Origin: Balanoglossus misakiensis
Lineage: Eukaryota; Animalia; Hemichordata
Length of the DNA: 64,000 nt
Reading direction: 5' to 3'
Assembly: GCA_040954595.2 (NCBI GenBank)
Contig: CM082581.2
Location: 922,699 to 986,698, forward strand
Shown: positions 50,436 through 63,055 of the stretch, one piece after another
How the letters are laid out: the number at the start of each line of letters is the position of its first letter
Position numbering within the stretch: position 1 is the stretch's first letter
The notes under the pieces: model-generated
Database searches by the model: none
What the model was told of the DNA's origin: nothing
What the model saw: only the letters and a program-made list of their open reading frames with translations
Program-made: the position numbers and the translations under genes

Positions 50436-53063
50436 CAAACCTTCCTTACCAAAAATTCTGATTAACGGCACCTATCTCATAGTGTAACCAGACTACAAGT
50501 GAAGAACCCCAGTAACAGACGTAACGAACAAACAAACTACATGTACTAACAACAAAGCAAGAAAAGTGTCAAGCGTCGTCAAAGAAAACGAAATAGTTCT
50601 AGCATGGTTGGTAAAAGTTATTGGTAGAAAACGAATAGGGCCTTCTACAAATGACGTCTCAGACCCGCAAACGCCACCAGAACACAAAACACATGCACAG
50701 AACAGTTCAAGCCGGTTGTTGTATGGAGCAGCAATAATCTGCGGTTGGGCCGTCGTAGATTTTCGCTGGTGGTGAAAATAAATAAAACACGATCGATGTT
50801 CCATTTATTCCAGATCACATGCGTTTACGGCCAGAAGAGAGCATAAAAGTCTTCAAATGACCATGTGGTGGCGCACTTTTTCCGATTGGCTGTATTTCAA
50901 TTTGTTCGTGGTAAATTAATTTTGTGGAGGTGACCGGCACTGAAGCTCTTAGCTAGGATGAGGTGGGATGGAAAAATGCCCCATTTGACTCATTTTAGCT
51001 GTTTTAAAATATACGACTATTTATAGACAAAAGGAAAATAAAACAAGCGCAAAAACATACCAAACCTAGTTTTATTAATTACAAAAAAAATTGCGGAGTA
51101 AAGGTTTTCATGTGGGCATTCACTTTGAACTTGCTAAATTAATTTAAAGAGACAAAGTCGCTCTCTCTTTGTCCTTTTGCGATGATGGAATGCTTGCTTG
51201 AAGTCTCTCGTGCAATAAATGATGTCGATTCATACATGTATGGATGGTGTATAGGTGGTCGGAATTTACATGTCTTTGCCACGTCCAAACCAAAAACACA
51301 TAAAATCAAACTTTGGGTCATGAAATCGAGTTTTGTTACAGTCTAGAATTTCATGCCACCCCTTTTGGTCATATTATTCTTGGTAGGCAAAAGTGACAAG
51401 TAGTCAAGTTTCAACACAGGCAACATTTTTTACAAACAAACCACAAAGAAGACATCAAAAGGGAGAGAATTATAGAATGGTCAATGTGTGAATAGTTAAG
51501 ATACGTAAAGTGGCCGGGTTCAACATAACATTAACTCATCGACTTCATATCGTCTTCATGCCATGGTTTTGCCTGCCCTGAAAGTTCTTGTCGTTGCAGA
51601 AGTGGTTTTGACAGAAAGAATTTAGTCTTCCGGGATGTTTGTGATTATTTGAACACCAGACAATACAATGCAACCTTGACTTCCAAAATACTTACCGGCA
51701 TTGCATTATCTTACCATGGTTAGGCCTACAGAGAACAAATTTTCAACAATATTTTCTGAGTTACCGCTGATATTTGTTTTGTAGTATGGATATTAAATTA
51801 TACATCCCGATACAAAACAGAATGTTATAGAATCCTTCCTGAGTGATATTGAAAAAAATACCGGAATGCTATAGCCTAATCTATGGTTAGGGTTATTGCT
51901 ATTATTTTATATCAGTAATCGACTTTGTGTATATCAATGTCATTTTCATAACGAAAATGAACTCGAGTCTAATGTAAACGTTACGAATTGATCGAAAGGC
52001 GCTCTGATGAATGTTAACACGAGTGCGCAATGACAAGACATGCATCGTGCATGACAGTGACAACAGTTCCAATAGAGCAGTTAAAAAATAAACCGGCCGT
52101 CCGTAAATTTATCAGCTATATTTTTTTTTATTTAGTCACGTTTTCCCTGTTGCATGCTATTAGTTCAGGGGCCAGTTTTAGCAGTGCTCTATTGAGTACT
52201 TTCGTATCGATGGATTGATCTCTCGTCCAATCAGAATGGCGGATGGTAGCATGATCCGACATATTGCGTATTACAATAGGGCTTCCTCATACAGGTCAGA
52301 ACAGAGAGGTCATTCCTTTTATTTTAGGACGTCTCAGCTCCTTTGTCTTTTCTGTTATTTTTTGACAAATGCGGATTGACGTTCCATTTCCAATTGGCGA
52401 TAATTATATTTATTTGTATTTTATTGCATAAGCGCTTGCTAGTCGTTTTTTAGCAATTTTTTTTGTAGTACAAAAACACTGAAGAAAACGAAATATTTTA
52501 TTCATTCGCACTTCCAAAGAACACCGTGACATAATTCCTCAATTTGCATTTCAGTGTGTGTGTCTGGTGTGTCTGCATTGACGTGAGGCGCATTCTCCAC
52601 CCGCACACATACGTTGCATTGCATTCTTTGACTAATTAGTGTTACGTCATGTTGAAGCAGGATTCTGATTGAGTAGTAAGTAAGTTGCATAATTGACGCA
52701 CAGCTGGTGCCTCGTTCTCGTACCGCTGACCATTGCATTTGAAAAATCATTGCAGCTTTGACGTTCATCAAGCATGGAGGTCCCGGTCGCCTCCATGCTT
52801 GATGATGTCGTTTCTCTGGTAAGCATGGCATTTAATGTTATTTTACAAGTACATGTACACTCCTTCTAGCAAAAACTGGTCGTGGTAGGGCGAGAGGGTC
52901 CTCCCAACATCGAAATTCTGACTTTGGGAAGCGTTACAGCACCAAACAGTAAACTCACAGTCGCATGGAATTTGTGCGTTATATTACACCGTGCGAGTAA
53001 ATTGTACGTCGTTCGTTGGCTCGAGTCAGCTTTGTTATTGTGGAGCAGGTGGTACCGTAACAC

Positions 53064-53477
53064 CACAGGGGGCTCTCCCTAGGCGATTTTATTGTTTGTT
53101 TGTTGTTGTTGATTGGCATAATAAACAAATACATATTTCTTTATTAATAAATATGGTTTGTTGACATGTAAGGGTTAGGTTATTAGGGTATATTTGACAG
53201 GTTATGGTATATTCAACGGTTAGAATTAGTGTTGGCATTTTTTCGATCCATGGCCGGCATCACCCCCCCAAACCCCCCCCCCCCACCCCCTGTGGCTTAG
53301 TGATGCCCGGGGCCGTGGATCGAAAAAAATGCCAACAGTAACCCTAACTGTTGAATATACCCTAACACTTACATGTCAACAAACCATATTTATTAATAAA
53401 GAAATATGTATTTGTTTATTATGCCAATCAACAACAACAAACAAACAATAAAATCGCGGAGGGAGGAGCCCCCTGTG
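53064..53477. mobile_element. Palindromic MITE with 7-bp TSD (P/Galileo-like)
   Basis: Termini CACAGGGGGCTC / GAGCCCCCTGTG; TSD GTAACAC at 53057-53063 and 53478-53484; ~170-200-bp inverted arms around a C-rich spacer. Confidence 0.85.
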
Positions 53478-53680
53478 GTAACACACTACAGTATAACTTT
53501 TAAGGCAAAGCGATAGCGAATAAACTGACCAGGGTTGGTTTTGTTGTTGGGGAGATTTTTGGCACCATTGAGACTGTTATAAGCTACCAGTGGGAGCTAT
53601 GGTATAGCCGTTAACACGCAGCCCTGCCACGCAGAGCTTCTATGACTGGTTACTAACTTCTATGTCTATTTGATTCACAG

Positions 53681-53755
53681 ATGCTGCCTGAAACTGTCTG
53701 CGTTTCAACTCGGGATTCTCTTCCTTGTCCGGGGCGAGTTTAAGACCGCTCAATG
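53681..53755 (+). CDS. Small exon A (75 nt), product unknown; hydrophobic, signal-peptide-like in its only open frame
   Basis: Branch point TACTAAC, acceptor tttgattcacag, donor GTAAGC. Phase-2 frame CCLKLSAFQLGILFLVRGEFKTAQ; 3 of the 4 differences to the duplicate are synonymous in this frame. Confidence 0.5.
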
Positions 53756-53997
53756 GTAAGCATGACTTGCTTTATATTTGCTTTTATCGGGTGTTGCAAC
53801 CGAAACAATAGGAAGAAATGTATGTCTACGAACTAATTTACATATTCCAGCTTTCAATACAATGTACCTGTTTTTTCCCCTTCGAATTCTGGCCTCGATT
53901 TCTTGTGATATGATCGTGATGTCATGAATTAGATGGACAACTCACAAGTTCAAATCTTCACGTGGAGCATAAAATAAATGTGGATGCATTTCCTTAA

Positions 53998-54344
53998 AGG
54001 GACAAAGTCTCTCTCTCGCTGCCCTTTTTTCCATTAATTATATTTGATACAAGACACCGTTTGTTATTCTACATGTAGATATATAGTGAATGAACGTTCA
54101 GCCACACACAACTTCCGTCCCACTTGTAGACACGAGAGTAAAAATACTCGCCAAAATGAATAATCGTTCTTTACCATTTATTCATTTTGGGCGAGTTTTT
54201 ACTCTCATATCATACAAGCGGGATGGAAGTTTTGTGTGGTTGATCATTTATTCACTATATATCCAAATGTACATTGACATAAACAGTGTCTTGTATCAAA
54301 CATAATTAATGGAAAAAGGACAGCGACAGAGAGACTTTGTCCCT
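53998..54344. mobile_element. Complete palindromic TTAA MITE (Kolobok-like), copy 3
   Basis: TTAA-AGGGACAAAGTCTCTCT ... AGAGAGACTTTGTCCCT-TTAA. The paralogous site at ~60463 is empty with a single TTAA (catttccTTAAccatatagc). Confidence 0.95.
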
Positions 54345-54682
54345 TTAACCATATAGCTAAAATTACTCCCATATCAATACACAGGGAGATACTTTAACTT
54401 TGGCTGAACGTGTGCTAGTCCAACACTATGCTTAATCAAACTGGCTAAGAGATCTGTTATTATATTAGACGCATGAAGGAAAGTAATGTTGTTTAGAGTG
54501 AAATAAAACAATACTTTAGGCCAGAAAGAAAAATGTAAATCATGACACAAATAGGCTGGAAATTTTTTCTGACCCTATATTATACCATGTTTTGCATATT
54601 TTCACTAATTTGTATGGCCCACATAATTCTAAAGCAAGGTTGATTGGTTACTAATTAATATTTGCATATATTTGATTCACAG

Positions 54683-54755
54683 TCTTAAACACAGCATTTC
54701 AACGTATGCCGGAGGAGGAAGAGAATACCTAGGCCTGATCCAAGACCGCTTTCCG
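54683..54755 (+). CDS. Small exon B (73 nt), product unknown
   Basis: Branch point TACTAAT, acceptor tttgattcacag, donor GTAAGC. Only open frame (phase 2) LKHSISTYAGGGREYLGLIQDRFP continues in frame from exon A; identical in the duplicate. Confidence 0.5.
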
Positions 54756-56226
54756 GTAAGCACACCTTGCTGTATACATGCTCCATAGCTTGTTTGTAAA
54801 TGCTACCTTTTCCCATCAAATAGTGAAGTCACCCTTTTAAAATTATGGTGGTGGCAAGCCACAACTGGTTATCATGAAGAGTTGGACACCACTAATAATC
54901 ATTTTAATATTTTCCAATTGGTAACCTTTATGTACCACTATCCTCAACAATTTCAGTCAACAAGATTCATATTGCGCTGTATAGCAAGGCCAAACAAATA
55001 TGACTGATTGATAGGGATTTTTCTGAAAATGTGACAAAATCAACAAATAAACAATAATCAGTCACCAATCATGCATTATGTGTTATTCGAGGGAACCTGA
55101 GCGGGTCCCATAAACCTGCCAACCCATGCTAGCCATGACTTTACAAATGTTTCCGTCATACTATGCAGAAAATTCTGGCTGCCTTAAATAGGTTTTTCAC
55201 TTTGCGCTAGGTGTCAAATCTCATTGCATTCTGGGCGGAAAGTCCATAACCAACTGTAGTAAGAGATAGAAGAAATGATATGTTTACTGTATTTCATGAC
55301 TTCCTTCGGTCAAACATTTCTGTCTCGGTAGTTAGCATATTAAACTTTTTTTCACTTTTGCTATTTTTTCTGTTAAAAAGTTCAAGAATGACCCATCATC
55401 ATTTTAGCTTATGAACTCCCATTTCTTTAACATGGCAAAAATCGGCCATCTTGAAATTATCGACCGTATGAGATTTTCATCACTCATTTAGGGTAGCTTA
55501 AAACGTGTTTAAAGTAGGGAGAATTGTATAGGCAAGACTTGGGCTGTAAATTTGATGAAATAGCTACATGACTATTGTTCACAAGCAGCTGACTGTACTG
55601 TAAGACTGGAAGTGTTGTGTACATATTTTACATATTCAATATTTGTAATTAGACCATGTCATGTATATCTTGGGGATTGCTCGATCACAATGTCTCTGCT
55701 GGTACAATGTCCTTTTAACATGTTCAGTAATATGGTAGTAATTGTAAGTTTGTGTGCGGCATTTGTAAATTATTTACAATTTATAAATTATTTTGTAAGT
55801 TTCTTCATTCTCAAATTGCTTGCCTAACGTACTGCATTAACATTTAAATTTTGGTATGATTTTGAGTAGACTTTTTGTTTCAAAATTATTTTTGACACTT
55901 TTGGGTGATATGATTTTACATGGAAAATCTGATTTCCCTGTAATTCGGTTGACAGGATTTTCATCATATCTCTAAATCATGAAGTACATGTATCAGACTT
56001 GCATCAGGCCCCCAAAATTCTAGTCGCCTTTGGCAAGTAATATTAGCCATTGATCTGGGAAAGTTACAAAAATGTGTTGTCCAAGGACGTTGAAGGTACA
56101 TGTGGTTTTTACACTTGCTGCATGTTTATAATTTGCAATAGAAATAGACACTCAGTGCCAGCCCACTATCCCGTCTCTTTATTGCTGACTTGTATGTATG
56201 TACGTATGTACGCATTTTATCAGAAT

Positions 56227-59200
56227 TATTAGGTCCCATTTGGTATATGTATTTATACCATGGTACCTTACGGGATCAGTTGCACCTGTATGTATGGATG
56301 TTTGTATGTCCATCAACATCAAACATTTGGAAACTACTGGCATTTCACCTTGATATTTAATGTGCAGACAGGGCAGTAGATGGGAGTTTGTCTAAGTGAA
56401 GTTGTCATTGCCAAAATATGCAAATTAGCTGGGAAAGTGTCAAATTTGTCAAAACTTGGGAACTCAACAACTACTGGGCAAATTGCTTTCAAAATTGATA
56501 ATTGGTATGCATGTACCTTATGGTATCCTCTCACAATTCTACATGTTGTGAGCTAATAATGTGAATTTTCTATTTTTAAGCATTTTTTTTGTCTCTTTCC
56601 ACATTGTCGGTAAAAACCTACTTTTCTGGAATTGATCAGCTGACTTGTTTGAAATTTATTATGAAGCTTCATAGGTGATCTGAGTTACCAACCATAGTTT
56701 TGTTTAAATTGTTGCCAAAAATTGCGTATTTATAATTTTGGAGCAATTTTTAGGTCCCATTTGGTTTATGTACATATATACGATTGGGACCTTATGGAAT
56801 CAGTTGCATTTGTATGTATGAGTGAATGGATGAAAACCGCTGGGCATATCACTTCCATATTTAGTGTGTAGATGCAGGCGGGGCTGTAGATGGGATTTTG
56901 TTCAAATGAAATTGTCATTGCCAAAATATTACCTGTGTAAATGTGAAATTGGTCAAAAGTCAGAAACTTGACAACCACTGGTCAGATTGGTATGTCAATG
57001 AACCCCATACAGTCCTGTATGTTGTGAGCTAATATTATGAATTTTCTAATGTTTATTAATTTTTTTTGTCTTTTTCCACATTATTGGTAAAAAAAAATCT
57101 TCACTTCTGAAAGCGATAGTCTGACTCCTTCGAAATTTAGTATGAAGCTTCCTATGGGTGGTCCGAGTTACCATATTTTTTGTTCAGATTGTTGTAAAAT
57201 AGGCATATTTATAATTTTGAGCAATTTTGCCAATTAAGGTCAGAATGCTTTGCAATTTGGTAGGCAGATTCCCAGGGGTAACCCAAGGAAGATGTCATAA
57301 AAATGGTTAAAACTGCGTGCTTGTGTTATTGGGGATATTTTTTGCAATCTTTGTCAAAAACTGTTTTCTGTTAAACCGTTCAAACCCTTGTCAGATTACT
57401 TTGAATTTTGGCAGGAATGTTCCTTGTAGTGATTGAAGTAAGATGGTGTACAATTATAGAGATGTTTGCATATTTGTGTTTTTGCCACTTTTGAACAAAT
57501 GTGTTTTTCTTTGAAACTGCTTTTTTGATGGCTTTGAAATATGGTAGGAATATTCCTAGGGGTAACCCAATTTTTAGCTCACCTGAAAATCACGTGAGCT
57601 TATAGTTTAGCGATGTCTGTGTATGTGTGTGTCTGTCTGTATACCCGATATCTCAAGAACCGCTGAACCGATTTCAACCAAATTTAGTACACAGGTTCAG
57701 ATATCATATGGCAAGAACTGAAAAGGTTTTGGTGGGTGTGGCTTTGATATTAATGAAGTTATTAAAGTTTTAATTTTTCTATTACATGGTTGTCTATGAG
57801 AGCTTTCGTTAATGCTGCATATATGACCAGTGGAAACGATAGTTTGAGGAGATCGACTGTTTGAGGGCGCTGTGAAATGAGACATTCCTGGCGATATTGC
57901 CGTGGTTCTGTCCATGCTCAGACGCTGTACCCGTCGTTACGAATAACTTCCCTACGTGAATCCACAAGGAAGCTAACGTTGTTTAGTTGCTTCATAGAGC
58001 GTAAATTGTTAATCTACAGGACCGTCAGACGAATACTCTTTTCAAATGAAGTTTGAAACTACTTACGAGTAAGTTAGTGGAGACAATATGGCGGATAGTT
58101 GGCGTGCAGCCGAATCCGCGTTATGACTATGACGTGACCCATTCATCAAGACAAACCGTAAATGATTCACGCATATTGTGGTCCTCACGCAGTCAATCTC
58201 AAAATGTCACCAGGCTTTCTATTTGTCTATTGTTCAGAGAAAAATAACATGGCGGTTGATCACACTCAACAGTAAAATCCGTTTTGTGTGTTTATAGACA
58301 GTCTGTTATCGCCAATACTATATAGCGATTGCTAGATGGCCTACCCAATATGTGATCGAGCGAGAATGATAACATTGAATGTCTGTTCAGATCTCATTCC
58401 GTACGTCATACGTCAACATTTCGATTTCGATTTAATCCATTCATAAAGAATTTAGAGAAAGTCGTCTTGAATTGTGACCCCGACTATCAATTAGTTTACG
58501 ATGATTTTTTGGCGACGGAATACACGAGACGCCATTGCATAACTACGTCAGCTGGACTTCCAAGGTTACCATTTTGTGTGTATGGAATCTTATCACAGAG
58601 CCTACGTACTTTGACAATATGCCATGCTATATCAATGACGCCCCAGAAAATTTGTCAAAAAATGAATTTGTCTTCTCATGGTGGTGCAATATATTTTAAT
58701 GTCTATTTTGAGGTTGATTTTGGTTTTTGGCTAACATGTATATAAATGTCAGCTTATAGCATAAGTTGGTGTCCGTCGGCTATGTATGTCTGTATGTGTG
58801 CCTCATACAGAATTATGTATTTTGTGAATGGATCAGTTTCGTCTTAATGTATTGATGTATGTATGTGTATGTCCATCAACATCAAAAACTTGAAACTACT
58901 GATATTTAGTGTGTACATAGAAATTGTTATTGCGAAAAAATGCATACTGGTATTAACTGGAAAAATGTTCAAATAGTCAAAATTGAAAAACTTAATAACA
59001 GCGGATCAGATTAAGTTAAAAATTGGCGTGCATTGGTGTGCAAGTACTTTGGGAAGACCTCGTATGATTTTGTTCAGGTGGAGTCAGTATCTGGCGTTTC
59101 CTATTTTTTATGAATTTTTTGGGGAATTTTCTGCAGTTTTGTTAAAAAAAAAATTTCTCTGAAATTACATGTCCAATTGATTGGAAACTTGGTATGGAGG

Positions 59201-59700
59201 TTCATAGGGCTTACCTGAATCACATTTGTGCAAACGGTGGTGAAATTTGCAAAAATGCATTTTTGGGCAATATTTCCTGTTTTTGCCAAAAAATCCAATC
59301 CTGTGAAATGTAGGTGCAATTGTTTTGATACTTTGTATTTGGGTTTCTAGGGGTGATCTCAGTCAGATATGATCAAATTGTAATGAAATTTGCATAATTG
59401 TATTTTTTGGGAATTTCTGCAGGGTTTGGCCAAATAGTCTTCGGTAATACCACAAGTCCAATTGGTTGGAAACTTTGAATGGGAATTCATATATGTGATA
59501 TCAGTCAGATTTGTCTGAATTTCCTGTTGTTTGCCAAAATGTCTTCCTTATTGAAACTTGTTAAAGAGGTTCTTAGGCATGAACAGAAATCAGATTTGTT
59601 GAAATCTGGTGAAATATTCATACTTTTTGGTATATTTCTTGCCATTTTTGATCAAAGAGTTTTAGAATTCCATAGACTTATTATTTTTATGCAGTTCAGG
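56227..59700 (+). mobile_element. Cluster of nested Helentron-type (HINE-like) fragments
   Basis: T-run + short inverted pair + microsatellite heads at 56227 and 56748 (aggtcccat...tgggacct, then (tgta)n), 57571 (tttttagctcac...gtgagct, then (tgtc)n) and ~58725, each followed by diverged gaaatttgg-type internal repeats. Confidence 0.55.
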
Positions 59701-60166
59701 ATGGGGTACATGACTCATAACCCCTTACAAAAATTGACAAGGCAACAATTCCACAAACATGTTTACATTTCACAATGGTGCAACACACAACCCTTACACC
59801 ATATACACTATAAACCAAAATGGTTTAAAACTGGTTTTTCTAATCTTGTTATTCTGTCAACCAATCACAGTACTGCACGTGAGCATATTCAGTTAATATC
59901 TGGTTCCTGATTGCTTTGGAAGTTAGTTAACAATTTCATAACACATGTACATGTATGTGCAACTTTGATTAAATTCTGGTTGTCAATATTTAGGTAGTTT
60001 GTTGTAAATTTCTTTGTTTTTGGATAGCAAATCTTTTTAACCAATTGCTCAGTTTCTTTGAAAGTTACTGTTAACAAGGAGAGTTAGTACACCCAACTTA
60101 GACTTTTACACCCAACTTAGAGCTACTATGACTGGTTACTAACTTCTATATCTATTTGATTCACAG

Positions 60167-60241
60167 ATGCTGCCTGAAATTGTCTGCATTTCAACTCGGG
60201 ATTCTCTTCCTCGTCTGGGGCGAGTTTAAGACCGCTCAATG
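60167..60241 (+). CDS. Duplicate of small exon A
   Basis: Same splice signals as 53681-53755; CCLKLSAFQLGILFLVWGEFKTAQ. Confidence 0.5.
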
Positions 60242-61418
60242 GTAAGCATGACTTGCTGTATATTTGCTTTTATCGGGCGTGGCACAACCGAAACAATAGG
60301 AAACAATGTATGTCTACGAACTAATTTACACCTTCCAGTTATCAATACTTTTTTCCTTCGAATTCTAGCCTCGATTGCCTGTGATGTGATCGTGATGACA
60401 TGAATTAAATGGTCAAGTTCAAATCTTCATGTGAAGCATAAATTAAATTTGGATGCATTTCCTTAACCATATAGCTAGAAATTACTCCCATACCAATACA
60501 CGGGGAGATACCGTAATTTTGGCTGAAAGTGTGCTAGTCCAACACTATGCTTCATCAAACTGGCTAAGAGATCTATTATTATATATAGACACATGAAGGA
60601 AAGTAATGTTGTTTATAGTGAAATAAAACAATACCTTAGGCCACAAAGAAAAATATAGATCACGACACAAACAGGCTGGAGTTTTTTTCAAAAATGTGTG
60701 CATAAGATCATATTGGCCCATGGTAATCAAAGCCAAAGCAGCCCAGTTCCAAATTCGAAACTCAGCTCAGTACCAGAAACTTGCTCAAAGCTACCAAATG
60801 CACAGAAAGTTTTGAGAATCTAGATGAAAAATCACCAAGCGACTAGTGCGCTTGTCTATGTTCAATGTGTCTTCCCTGGTAACAACATGTACTTCTGCCA
60901 CCATGCCATGAGATATACTGACAGCCACGTTTGAAACATTTTAGTATACTGATATTCAAAGTTTAAATGTAAAGGCTTACTTTTCTATAGTAAAATAAAT
61001 GTTTTATAATTGCCAACAATTTACATTCTTGCGCTAATCAGTTGTATGAAAAGTGAGGTGGATCAAATGTAAGTTTCATTTTCACAACAAACATTAAGAA
61101 ATCATTGTACAGTGTTACGTAGATGTCAAAGTGTGTGTACACCTGTCGTTTACAGATATGATGTCAGTTTCACTTGTCACCTAACTGCCATGTTTGTGGT
61201 ATACCCATGTGGACCACTTAACTGCAGTACTGATGTAAATGGAGTTTCAAGATCGCTGTTACAGATTTCTCTGATTCGTATTCCACGTACATTATCGCAG
61301 CACAGTCTGACCCTATATTATACCATGTTTTGCATATTTTCACTAATTAGTATGGCCCAAATAATTCTAAAGCAAGGTTGATTGGTTACTAATTGATAAG
61401 CATATATTTGATTCACAG

Positions 61419-61491
61419 TCTTAAACACAGCATTTCAACGTATGCCGGAGGAGGAAGAGAATACCTAGGCCTGATCCAAGACCGCTTTCCG
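61419..61491 (+). CDS. Duplicate of small exon B
   Basis: Identical to 54683-54755 with intact AG/GT sites. Confidence 0.5.
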
Positions 61492-61919
61492 GTAAGCACA
61501 ACTTGCTGTATACATGCTCCATAGCTTGTTTGTAAAGGCTACCTTTTCCCATCAAATAGTGAAGTCGCCCTTTCAAAATTATGGTGGTGGTAAGCCACAA
61601 CTGGTTATCATGGAGAGCCCCATATAAACTTACCAGCCCACGCTAGCCATGACTTTACAAATGTTTCCGTCATACTATGCAGAAAATTCTGGCTGCCTTA
61701 AATAGGTTTTCACTTTGCGCTAGGGGGTCAAATCACATTGCATTCTGGGCGAAAAGTCTACAACCCACTGTAGTAAGAGGTGGAAGAAATGATACATTTT
61801 GTGTATTTCATGCTTTGGTCAAACATGTCTGTCTCCGTAGTTAGCATATTAAACTCATTAAATGTTTTTCACATTTTGTTATTTTGTCTGTTATGACCCA
61901 TTATCACTTTAGCTTTAGC

Positions 61920-62485
61920 TTAGGCTCCATTCACAAACACCTCTGGATGGGGGGGGGGGGGGGGGAAATTCAATTTTTTTACTGCTAATTTTCACATGCC
62001 CCCCCCCCCTGTACACAACCCGAAATATTTTCAAATCCCCCACCCCCTTCTGAACTGCCAAAATTTTAAAATCCCCCCCCCCCATTTTCTTTCACAGAGC
62101 AAAACACATCACTTATCTATCTTGTAAAAAAGAAAAACAGCGCTCCCATGAAAAGACTTTGAAACTGATGTTTCCCCTCATCAGTGGGTATTAAAACTGA
62201 ACATGGTTTTTATTTTTTAAGTATTTGTATTCTGTGTTGGGAGACATTGTAAACCGGGAATTGAAGGGGGTGGGTGTGGGAAGGGGTGTCCCCCTCCCAC
62301 GTAAGAAAATTTTATAAAATACAGAGCTCAAAGCTGCATTTTTATGAACCCGGCAAAAGCAAATTAACTCAACTACCAGTATGTTGGGGAGGATAAATTT
62401 AACCGTCGCCGCTCAAAGTTATCATGGGGTGGGGGCAAGTCCCCTGACATGGGACACTAGATAAACCAGTTAATGATTGAAAGGT
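61920..62485. mobile_element. Copy-2-specific segment with G/C runs, probable non-autonomous DNA element fragment(s)
   Basis: Absent at the paralogous position in copy 1 (~55410-55555); begins taggctccattcacaaacac and contains a long G run and several C runs. Confidence 0.45.
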
Positions 62486-63055
62486 GTTGATGAAATAGCT
62501 ACATGCCTATTGTTAACAAGCAGCTGACTGTACTGAAAGAATGGAAGTGTTGTGTACCTATTTTACATATTCAATATTTGTAATTAGACCATGTCATGTA
62601 TATCTTGGGGATTGCTCGATCGCAATGTCTCTGCTGGTACAATGTCCTTTTAACTTGTACAGTAATATGGTAGTGATTGTAAGTTTGTGTACGGCATTTG
62701 TAAGTTATTTTCAATTTATAATTTTTTTGTAAGTTTCTTCATTCTCAAATTGCTTGCCTAACGTACTGCTTTAAAATTTAAATTTTGGTATGATTTTGAG
62801 TAGACTTTTTGTTTCAAAATTATTTTCGACACTTGACATTTTTGGGTGATATGATTTTACATGGAAAATCTGATTTCCCTGTAATTCGGTTGACAGGATT
62901 TTCACAATATCTCTAAATCATGAAGTACATGTATCAGAATTGCATCAGGCCCCCAAAATTCTAGTCGCCCTTGGCAAGTAATATTAGCCATTGTTGTCCA
63001 AGGACGTTGAAGGTACAATTGGTTTTTAAACTTACTATGTAGGCATTTTATCAGA

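Noticed and set aside
52502-53082. ORFs of 109, 66 and 66 aa, possible transposase relic
   Set aside because: No motif I can confidently recognise in any frame; needs BLASTx.
53165-53370. Interstitial telomere
   Set aside because: Only isolated TTAGGG-like words inside MITE arms, not a tandem tract.
59479-59910. 143-aa ORF
   Set aside because: Starts in degenerate HINE-like repeat sequence and has no recognisable domain.
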